Below are positions 1 through 9,605 of a stretch of DNA of 64,000 bases, in pieces. The stretch's first letter is position 1, and each line of letters opens with the position of its first letter. Where the stretch lies: positions 16,988,001 to 17,052,000 of the forward strand of contig OZ231126.1 in assembly GCA_965153355.1 (NCBI GenBank), read 5' to 3'. The notes under the pieces were generated by a model, which was given only the letters and a program-made list of their open reading frames with translations, did no database searches and was not told where the DNA came from. Position numbers and translations under genes: made by a program. Source of the DNA: Flaccisagitta enflata (lineage: Eukaryota).

Positions 1-12
1 GAACAGCAACTA

Positions 13-1754
13 ATGGACAGTCATCAAAGTAGTGCCAACTCATTCACTGCTTTAATCCAGCCTCCTTTAGATCTAAATAACCTAATGTATCTGAGAGCAC
101 ACGACACTGACTTGAAACTGGAAAACCTCAACATAGACTCTGTACCTTTAATTTTCCAAAAAAACAACTCCGAAATAATCAAAACTAAACTTGTAATCGA
201 CTCTAGTCTCTGCAGAGATAATTTTATAGTGGATAAAGATGAGTTACACGAGGAAAACCAAAAACAATTGGAAGTTGCTTTAGATGATTTTCATACACTG
301 CAGCCATCTAAGGCTTTAAACTTTCTCAATGAAATTCTTGAAAACTCATCTAACTTGTTTATCATAAAACGCTATTTAGAGGTCGTTGCAGACGACAACA
401 GCATATTTCAAAACCAAATTTTTGAAGGATTGTCTGCTGACAAGTCAATAGATGAGGATATCACAACTCATGATCTAAATATGATTTTCCGGTATACGGA
501 AATAGCTCTTTTTGCGAGAATCGAAATTTCAAAACATCTTAATATGCTCACCCACCCACCCGTCCCTCCAAGCAAAAGCCCCACAAGGAAATTAACAGAT
601 CTTTTAGACCTTCGAATTCCATACCGCTTTGATAACGGTCTCGACCGCACCCGCGAAGAGCGTATTCTTTTCGCATCGAAGGTTTTGAATTCTCCACAAA
701 AACGTACTCATTACAATGACACGCTTGGAATAAGAACGAGCCCTAGTATCAAACTTATCGATCTTACAAATTATTATGATATAAACTTCAAAAGGTTAAC
801 TGATAAACAAAAAGAAAAAAAGTCTGATGAGATAAAATCAGCACTACACGCGTGGCTCTCCGTAGCTGGCAAACTAGGAAAACAAGCAAACGGTCAGTTA
901 ACCGCAGATAACAGACAATATTTGGAAACCTGGCAAAACAGCAATTTGACTATCATAAAAATGGGTAGAAAACTCCTGGAACTTACTTTTAACGCTAAAG
1001 AAAGACAAATGAGACCCAACTCTAAAATATTCAATCGACCTTTTTTGGCATTGAGTCTTGACCGAAGTCATCTTAAATGTCAATTTCATATCAATAGAGA
1101 TAAACTTGTTGATAAATGTAGCCTTACCGTAAAATTCCCTCCATATGCGTCTTATAAATTGGGAAGTTCATTGCAAGAAAATCAAGAAAATGAAAACAAA
1201 ATAAACAAAGTCGTAGTAGGGCCAATAACGCTCACAAAACAATCAAACATTGCAATGTATACTAACATAATAGTTTCAGACCGTCAAAAACTTTTTTCCT
1301 CAATTCGTTTTTCTCCTCAACTACTTTGCGTCAAATCTCCCATATTGGCAGAGACAGCGCGTGAAAGTGAAAGATCAATTCTCTTTAGTTCTGATAGTGA
1401 TTTTATAACATTCTTTCAAATGCCCTTAAAACTTAATAAATACGGGACAAATATCATTTCTACCACCGCGTCACATGGTAAAATCCATCAAGATTTTTTC
1501 AAAGTACATCGTAACCATAACATATTGTCGCAAATCAAAATACGGATCACCGATGAAAATAATATTGATTTTAGGTAAGCTCTCTCAACAAGACCACCCC
1601 ACGGACGGACAGACTTTCAAAATGAATTTTTTTAAAAAACTTCACAAAAAAATGTTTTTTTTTTGCCCCTGTCATTCTCTATAGATTTCCAAGAAATACG
1701 ATGGTTAATTTAGCGTTATGCTTTCGGCCAACTCCTTTATCGATTGATGAATAA
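13..1754 (+). CDS. Polinton/adintovirus-type minor capsid protein (penton, single jelly-roll) with large internal insertion; exons 13-1574 and 1685-1754; possibly 5'-truncated by the window edge
   Basis: N-terminus SANSFTALIQPPLDL..LKLENL resembles the Polinton penton start (N..S.F...LP..I.L...EV.L.EI). The intron 1575-1684 (AG|gtaagc...tctctatag|A) joins ...LSQIKIRITDENNIDFR to FPRNTMVNLALCFRP, matching the penton C-terminal pattern I.I.I.D..G..I.F......LHFR. The frame is open from position 1. Confidence 0.75.
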
Positions 1755-1821
1755 ACTGTATAAGGATGTAAGCACGGACGTACAGAACTTCACACGGTTT
1801 CGACGCCAGACAATGCGTTGA

Positions 1822-1889
<68 letters not shown>

Positions 1890-2267
1890 ATTTATCATAT
1901 CTGTCGGTCGGTCTGTTGATTTGTTAATTTGATTTGATTGACCTTGTTTACATGTATATAGAATAAAAATTGTTTTTTTATCTGTATTTAGAATGAATAC
2001 AATGAAACATTCACATTAGAGATGAATACTCAAAGCGATATTTTTGAACTAATAAGTTCAATGTTAGACACACCACATTTAGAAACACAGAAACAGCAAC
2101 AAAAACCGGAAGAAAACAAAAAGGAAGCCCAACCAAAAAAAGATTCTAAGGAAAAAAAATCAAAGCAAACTCTAAAATCAAAAGATCCAACCCGCACTGT
2201 TCAAAAAAAAGTTTTTAAGAAAAGAGTTAAAAAAAAAGAAAGAATTACTAAAGATAATTTTTTGTAG
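1747..2267 (+). CDS. Small Lys-rich basic protein (about 98 aa if spliced: exons 1747-1767 and 1992-2267; 81 aa from ATG 2022)
   Basis: ORF 2022-2267 is Lys-rich (KKVFKKRVKKKER). An ATG at 1747 overlapping the penton stop gives MNKLYKD|gtaagc. Acceptor tttag ending at 1991 continues in frame (NEYNETFTLEMNTQ...). Confidence 0.5.
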
Positions 2268-2283
2268 TTTGACATCTAAAACC

Positions 2284-3911
2284 ATGTCTGAAACACCGCC
2301 CGTGTTTCGGGCTCCTGCCAACATTGCCTCTCCAGAAGTCAAAGACACTCTACAAAACCATCAAAATGTCATCCAAGATGGAGTTTTATTCCGGAGTTTT
2401 TCTTGTATCTCTACCGTGGACCCTCAGGTTGTTAAATTAACATGGCCATCTATCATCTATCACCTGCCGCATACCTAATAAAACTTATTAATTTTTATAC
2501 TTACTAACAGGAACTGACAACCTCCTCGAGATCTTTGAATTTCTATATAAATGAAAGAGCAGCTCTTTTGAATCCTCAAAAGATGTATTTGAGTATAAGC
2601 CTTCAAATTGTCAAAAATTCAAATGAGGAAGGACTCACCTTTGAAGACGGGTGCATAGGTCCTCCATCTCCTATAAACGGTCTTTTTGACGATGTGTCCA
2701 TTTCAATCGGCGAAACTTGTTTAGGTATCCAGAACCTTATCTTTGAGACTACCATTAACAAAGTCTATGGCCTATAACCTATTACCGTTACCTATTACCT
2801 CTATTACCAGACAGACCCGATACCTACTACGGCCTGCTCAACCACATTCGTGAAATGTTGGAAGTACCTCAAGCCATAAAAAATAGCTGGCTTAACTTCT
2901 ACGAGGGTCATGACAATGAAATTGATGGTTCATTCTCCACACCAAACGATGCTGTTACAAAAAAAGGGAATACACTAGAAGCAAAAAACGCTACTGGGCG
3001 AAGAATTTTAAAAATTTTGAATAAAAAAACAAATCATTACTTTGTCCACCTTGATACACCGCTGAGACAATTTAACGTCCTTCTTCCCTCAGTAAGTTTT
3101 GAACTATCATCAAGGCCAACTCAATCAGTTTATTAAACTAACCATTTTTAATAATCAATCATTTTTTTCTTTTCATTAGGGTCTAGAGATAAATTTAAGA
3201 CTGTTTGTAACAACAGCAGAGAAATATTTTACCGTTACAAATGCGGACTGCAACCCCAAATTCAAAATATTATCAGCGAAATTAATTTGTGAAAAATTAA
3301 TTCTCAAACCAAACTTATTACAGGTGTCTTTTGTTTTACCTTCCTTGAAAAGCACCCACTGCCACGCCACCTTGGAAATAAAAGATCAACATATTTTTTA
3401 CCCTCTACTAATTTTAGGCTATTGAAGCAAGATTGGCGAGATCTTTTATGCAAATCAACTATGAAGCACGCTTTGTAAAAACATTCTCGATCGAGGCTGG
3501 TCACATTGAAAAAAAGATACAGATAAATTCGAGGGATCCCTGTAGCTTTTTGATTATCTTTTTACAAAATAATATTTGCCATACCGGGTCCTTCAAAGAA
3601 AACTATTGGACTTTCAAACAAGAAAATCTCAAACACGCGTACATTTCATGTTCAGCAGGCGATCTAAGAATTCCAAGCTTGCCCATAGATGACATAGGTT
3701 AGTTTTTAATCTATACATATATAGAACTATAAAAAAAACCTTACTTGACTTGATACTTACTCTCTCTCTCTCTCTCTCTCACAGGTGGAGAATCAGCAGG
3801 TAGAAACAAACAAATTGCACGATCGATGCTGGTCCTTAAGAAATCAGCCAAACGAACGAACCCACGGAATGTGTGCAGTAGTTGTACGGACGAAACAGAC
3901 CCTATTTTTGG

Positions 3912-3968
<57 letters not shown>

Positions 3969-4428
3969 TAGGTTATGACTTTTCAACAGATTCAAAAGCA
4001 AAATCAAGCTTTTGGTACATATTACAACAACTTGGCCGCCTCTCAGGCGACAAAGGATCCAAAGACTTTGACTTTGAATCTTGGAAATCTCATCGGTTCA
4101 TATTACCCTTTAATTTAAGTGCTGAGGAGAGCCTCCCTAGCCCTGCAAAAAGAAGAAGAATAACATTAAAACCCATTGCAGTCGCCAACGACTACTCTCT
4201 CTATCTGAGATTTAAAGCGCCTACGACTAAAGTATGGAAATCAAACATCCCTGGCCTAGATACAAGCAAAGTATTCGAATATCAAATGTCAAATATCAAA
4301 TATCAAATATCGAATATCAAATATCATTTTTATAGGTTCTGCGCCTTGTTGTAGTATACTTTCAAAATCGCTCAATTGCTATTGAAAGTAATCGTACTAC
4401 TTGGAGAAGTTTCGAAACGGATCAATGA
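2284..4428 (+). CDS. Polinton/adintovirus-type major capsid protein (double jelly-roll), about 476 aa; exons 2284-2427, 2511-2724, 2811-3091, 3180-3323, 3418-3697, 3785-3799 (putative microexon), 3972-4231, 4336-4428
   Basis: All introns are GT-AG and phase-compatible, giving one stop-free frame. Colinear motifs resemble Polinton MCP: LNFYI..LLNPQKMYLSISLQI, PINGLFDDVSISIG, LDTPLRQFNVLLPSGLEINLRL, FKILSAKLICEKL, INYEARFVKTFSIEAG, GSFKENYWTF, IPSLP..YDF, FILPFNLS, LYLRF..VLRLVVVYFQNRSIAIESNR. Confidence 0.85.
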
Positions 4429-4487
4429 GGATGACCTTTATAGATGACCTTTATAGATGACCTTTATAAAAAATATAACTGAAAATC

Positions 4488-5060
4488 ATGGCATTCACTT
4501 CCAAACAGCTCATTACTAGCAACAATGATTTAATAAAATATTTAAAAAAGACACCAAAAGCATACCAACTCATTAACAAAGGGAAATTCATAATCAACTA
4601 CGACAAACTTCAACATATCTCACCTGAGAGGTTTTCTGGAAAAAAAATGGCCATTATCTTAAATTCCTTACATAGCAATAATGTTGAAAATGTTGACAAT
4701 GTTGGTTGCACTGGTAGTGTAGGACATTGGATTTTACTACTTTTCAACATAAGAAAAAAAGAATGTCTTCTTATTGAAAATTTAGCTTATGTATATAAAA
4801 ATTGTATGAACATAAAACAAGCTATAGATACATTTTGTACATCACATAATTTTTCTTTAATAGATTATAATTTAAAAAGCCAAGGAAATAAGGCTAAATC
4901 TTGCGGGTTCCAAGTCATTTTTTATCTTACCTTTTTCGCTTACAATGATATTCCCAAACTTAAATTGTTAAAACAACGCTTGAAAACTTATTCTTTGGTA
5001 GAACGAGAAAAATATATTCTTCGCCGTGCCCACGATCTATGTAAATATGGAATTTCCTAA
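4488..5060 (+). CDS. Adenain-like (clan CE, C5-type) cysteine protease, virion maturation protease
   Basis: Intact 190-aa intronless ORF. It has IILN...GHWILL (catalytic His), LLIENL (acidic triad residue) and SQ....SCG (oxyanion Gln and catalytic Cys), in the order seen in adenovirus and Polinton proteases. Confidence 0.88.
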   Translation: MAFTSKQLITSNNDLIKYLKKTPKAYQLINKGKFIINYDKLQHISPERFSGKKMAIILNSLHSNNVENVDNVGCTGSVGHWILLLFNIRKKECLLIENLAYVYKNCMNIKQAIDTFCTSHNFSLIDYNLKSQGNKAKSCGFQVIFYLTFFAYNDIPKLKLLKQRLKTYSLVEREKYILRRAHDLCKYGIS

Positions 5061-5153
5061 CGCTACTAGTGTCAACTAAATATCATTGATTTTCTTCGAT
5101 TACTCGCATATCTCTAGCTTTGATTTGGCATATTGCTTAGCTTACGTTTCAGA

Positions 5154-5666
5154 ATGGATTCTGTTTCAAACGAAAACACATCTGTTGATACTACAACAAA
5201 CACTGAAACTGTACTACACAAACCACCGCGGTTCTTTTTTGTACGTAATGAAGTACCCGACCGATCCCTAATTCCAAACCGCGCCCGTGAAATCCCAAAT
5301 CTGGGCCCTGACCAACCACAGCCAGCCATCCCAATCAACGAAGGACACCAGGATCAGGAGCAATACGAAAATCAAGTTTTAAATCATCCACGTCCCAGGA
5401 AAATCGGCTTCTTGTTTGCTTTACTGGTTCTAGTTTTCCTGGCTTCCTCTTTCGCAAGTGACGTCGCCTCAACTAAATACATCTTTGACCTTGGGGACGC
5501 CACATTGAAAGAAAAAAAGAATCCGGCTAATACACAGGCCCTGTTGTCTTCTGCTTCATGCTATTTGAACAACGAAACAAAAATCATCACCATCATTTGC
5601 AACAAAGGCTCACGTCAATACTCGTTAAAAGATCTGAATCTTCTTACCTGCAGATACGAATACTGA
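5154..5666 (+). CDS. Hypothetical single-pass membrane protein (170 aa)
   Basis: ORF from ATG 5154. Disordered Pro/Asn/Gln-rich N-terminus, basic RPRK followed by hydrophobic IGFLFALLVLVFLASSFA, and a C-terminal region with three Cys. Lies inside the viral cluster. Confidence 0.6.
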   Translation: MDSVSNENTSVDTTTNTETVLHKPPRFFFVRNEVPDRSLIPNRAREIPNLGPDQPQPAIPINEGHQDQEQYENQVLNHPRPRKIGFLFALLVLVFLASSFASDVASTKYIFDLGDATLKEKKNPANTQALLSSASCYLNNETKIITIICNKGSRQYSLKDLNLLTCRYEY

Positions 5667-5672
5667 CATTAA

Positions 5673-6104
5673 ATGAATAGCGAATCACTTCAACTAAGAG
5701 CGTTACAAAGGTGAATATAAAGCACATCTTTGTATCTTTTTAGGCGCGACAAAGCACCTCTAACTGGTTGTGTCCGTCGGTCGGTTGGTCAGTCGGTCAG
5801 GTAACGCATTTGTTCGACGATCCATGTGTCGCACCTTATTGACCCACTTGGCCTTATTTCGTTTTCCTTCCCCTTACATAAACAAAAGCATATAATATTC
5901 ATTCATTCTCACACCTTCAGGGAGCTCATACATTCTAGAAAAAAAGCCGGGGAAAAAGGAAACATGTCACGCCGTCGACGAAGGCGGAGGAGGAGGAGAC
6001 GAAAGGGGAAACGTTATAGAAGAAGACAAGCAAAGGGAGCTGGTGTTTTACGTGGAGTAAAAAGGAAGATAGTGAAGAAACGGCGACGTCGTCGAACCAA
6101 ATAA
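5673..6104 (+). CDS. Arg-rich protamine-like putative virion core protein (73 aa; exons 5673-5710 and 5921-6104; 46 aa if started at ATG 5964)
   Basis: MSRRRRRRRRRRRKGKRYRRRQAKGAGVLRGVKRKIVKKRRRRRTK uses mixed Arg codons (cgc, cgt, cga, agg, cgg, aga), so it is not a microsatellite. Upstream exon MNSESLQLRALQ(R) splices in frame via AAG|gtgaat...ccttcag|G. Confidence 0.65.
5737..5862 (+). mobile_element. Short HINE/DINE-1-like host repeat inside the intron of the Arg-rich gene
   Basis: ttttaggcgcgacaaagcacctctaactgg..(gtcg/gttg)n..ggcctt is closely similar to copies at about 11441-11570 and 11777-11895. Confidence 0.7.
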
Positions 6105-6578
6105 TTCGCAGCTAAAATAATTACTGAGCAACATCTATAACTAGCTTATTTTATAACAATGTACATAACACGCGTTACAATGCTGTAAAAAATTGATACA
6201 ATTGCACTTTGATGAAAAGCTTTTAAAATAAAATATTTGAGTGCTTCATGCTAAAAACAAATCTGATTGAAATCACTATCACTGTAACACTGGCGCCATT
6301 TTTTGGCGCTCGAAGGCCTGCACATGTCCAAAATTGTAATTCTATTATCTGGTGTCAATTTTGATATTAAAACGCCGTCTTTCTATCATCTGACCTAGCT
6401 TGTTACAAATATATGTAAAAATAATGTATCACTAGCGCCTTTCCTTTATCTAATCTAGCTTGTTACAAGGATCAGAAACCCATCCAAAAAAAACATAGTT
6501 AAACCCTATATATGTAACTACTGGGGATTGGGGGTCGTGAAGAGAATCAAGGTGCTGATAAGAATGTGGAATATACTA

Positions 6579-7016
6579 CACGCTGTATTTTTTATAAGAA
6601 CACAGTTTTTTAAAGTGACGCACAGCATTCTTATTTCAAGACCAATTTCAGGCTCAAATGTTCTTATCCCATTCATATTTTTGTAGCGATGAAGATTCTA
6701 TATCTTTACTGATAGCAATTCATATTTAATGAAATAAATGAATTTTATTCTTGTTCCATATAGAAATTATCTTTTTTAGGTTATGGAATAATAGAAGTAT
6801 AAATATCACAAGTAATTGGTCAAAATATTTTTTGGGCTGGAGGGTTGTGTGCATTGTTTTTTGGATTGTTTCTTTAAAGAATCATTTCGAAACTTTGCAA
6901 AGAATGTATCTATTCTGAAACCTAAGCCTGGGCGTGTTCTTAACATGTTCTTATTTCTTCGCCAAATCTGAGGCTGATGATTTTATAAACACTGTTCTTA
7001 GACAAAATACAGCGTG
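6579..7016. mobile_element. Tc1/mariner-type MITE
   Basis: TIRs CACGCTGTATTT... / ...AAATACAGCGTG, flanked by TA on both sides. Confidence 0.75.
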
Positions 7017-8042
7017 TATAACAGATAACATCTGTCAGGATATTATTGTCCCAAAATCAAACGACTGTAAAATCAAAACGGAGACATGTAGCCACAAGCG
7101 GATTTTTTCACCAGTTAGAACTGGAAAAAATTTCCATTTTGCTCATGAATTTTGCCTGAATTGCTTCAGACAAAATCGGACTAGATTAAAAAGAGTAAAA
7201 ATATTCCCCATGCAAATCATTGCAAAATTGCCAGAAAAATCTAATCAACTTCAGATATGTACCAAATCTATATAAAGATAGATACTCAGATGCGGATTTC
7301 ACAGCTGAAAAGCTTATGAAAAGTTCTTTAATTTGCCCATGGATTTCAATTGATTTTTTATGAGTGAACCCTTTCAAAATTTGAACCAAAGCAATAGAAA
7401 AATTTCTGCCAGGGCGTTGCTTGCTGGTGGCCAAGGGATGATTAAGTTGAAGAGAAGCAACCAAAATGGGACAAGATACACAAAACAATCTGGAATATAT
7501 TAGGAAATACTCTGTGATATCCAATACAAGTGATTTATATTGTTCCTCACCAGCAGTAGCAAGGCATCTATTGTTGTAGCACAATTGGGACAATAATATC
7601 CCGACAGATGTTAAGGCAGCGAGGTATTTGTGGTCTCGTCATAGAATGGTCTGAATATAAAGGATGAAATACCTGGACACGAGATTTATTGACGTTAGAC
7701 TTGTGATAAGGACTCCTCGGTGCCAACTTGCCCATTTTTTGTCCTCTTAAACGCTGCAAAGTGAGAGTAACAAGGAAAGACCTCTTATATTCTAGAAAAT
7801 GGGATTTAAAAAAAAATGAAAAAAGAAAAAATGAAAAATTTTGAAAATGAGATGCAAAAGAAAAGAACCAAAGATTGGAAAATAAAAAAACAGATTCACT
7901 GAAGCGGATTAATGTCAAGACAAAACAACCAGTAGACCGGAAATCGGTTGGAAGTAGGACGGGTGGGCTTGAGGTGTGTTTGGGGGTTGGACACCCCTGC
8001 CCACCCGTCCGTTACGATATTGTGACCCCGCGTCACTCGTTA

Positions 8043-8469
8043 ATTTGTTTGAGCCGTCGTTACCAATACCAGACGTGGACTACTGTGCTATTATGAAAAT
8101 GCAACTCACAAATTTCAATTCCTCATGAACGAGTAGATTGCGACCCATCTAAAGAAAGGGAATTTCGCAAGGGATATCAATCGGAAAAAAAAAATCAATA
8201 CAATTCAAAATAAGTGAAGATTTTGTTTGTTTGGTTGGTCTGTAAATCACGAGTCAAAAAGCGCGTTTTCAAAGTTTTTGACTCGTGATTTACAGACTAA
8301 CCAAAATAAAATCTACATATATTTTGATCTGTATTGATTTCTTTTCAGATTGATATTCCTTGCAAAATACCCTTCGCAGTCTACTCGTTTGTGAGGAATT
8401 CAAAATTTTGAGTTGCATTTACATAATAGTAGTCCATGTCTGGTAACACTAACAGCGGCTCAAACAAAT
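8043..8469. mobile_element. Foldback/palindromic MITE-like element
   Basis: Degenerate inverted repeat over about 200 bp per arm (atttgtttgagccg ... cggctcaaacaaat), centred near 8265. Confidence 0.7.
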
Positions 8470-9605
8470 AAACAAGGCCAACACATATGAGGCGCGTGCG
8501 AGACTTACAGATTGACTTAGAATGACTAAGTATACTCTTAAATGACTTTGAATGACTTAAAGAAATGAAATTGATAAAAGAAGTAAAAGTGTGACAGACC
8601 GACAGATGGACCGACTAACGGAAGGACGGACGGAAAAAGCGGGGTGTAGAGTCGCATGCATGCAACTAAAAAGTGACGCGGGGTCACAATATCGTTGCGG
8701 ACGGGTGGGCAGGGGTGTCCAACCCCCATACACAACCCAAGCCCCATCTTACCCATAAAGGCACACAAAAAATATCCAAAGCAGTCGTTTTTCCACTCTT
8801 CGACTCGTTGTTCCACTTTTCGACTAAGTCATTACGGACCGATGGACCGACGGACGGACAAATGGATGGACAAAGCCTCTTATAGATAGAGTTGCGTGTC
8901 CGCAACTGAAAATGAAAATGTTGTTTTCAATTGAAAGAATTAACATAGAATACATGGAGTATGCATGGTACGATCTATCGAACGAAAGGTAATTTTGCAA
9001 GGACTAACAATCTGAATAAAGCCCAGTAGGAAAAAAAAAGTTTAATCTCTTGTCTAATCTTGCGACACGATACACGACCCGATGTTTGCGCCAAACGTTA
9101 CGTGTCGGCACATGGCCATTCCTTACATTCAAATGAAGCCGAACGTAATTCAACAAAAAACCGGACATGATTCCAGCTGGTTGTTGATTGAGTTCTCGTC
9201 ACTGTCCGGAAGTAACAACAACTCTTCAAGACGCCAAATCATGTAAAACCCTCCGGCAAATAACAACAACAACCACCAGCGGACACGCTAAACCTTGCTC
9301 TGTCTGTGTGTCCCTTGGTCTGTCCGTCTGTCCTTCTATCCCTCCGTCCATCCATCCGTTCTACCCTCCGTCTGTGAATTGTGAGGGGCTTTTCGCATAC
9401 GGCCCCTGCCCAACCGTCCGCGACTGTGGTGCCGTGTATCTGGCCTTGTTTTTTTTTCTCACGCTCGCGGGGTGTTTACCTCTTTGCCCGTTAATTGAGT
9501 TCCAAGTTTGTTGTTGTTATTTGAGTTGGCTGATGAGACATTCTCCTGACGATCGGCGTTGGGCAGAGGACAACGACCCGCGCCTGCGCCGTGGTACAGC
9601 GCGCG

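Larger units (their letters stand above)
1..6522 (+). mobile_element. Right-hand (virion morphogenesis) part of a Polinton/Maverick-like (adintovirus-like) endogenous virus with intron-containing genes; continues left of the window
   Basis: Six closely packed same-strand genes: penton-like, Lys-rich, major-capsid-like, adenain-like protease, TM protein, Arg-rich protein. Gene density is far above the flanking DNA. AATAAA near 6227. The right boundary at ACTACT (6517-6522) is tentative. Confidence 0.85.

Noticed and set aside
3785-4354. 189-aa ORF as a standalone gene
   Set aside because: Only 3972-4231 is MCP-like. The rest reads through (CT)n and AAATATC intronic repeats.
6934-7918. Several 110-135 aa ORFs next to the viral element
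   Set aside because: No recognisable motifs. They overlap or lie beyond a MITE and fall outside the inferred terminus.
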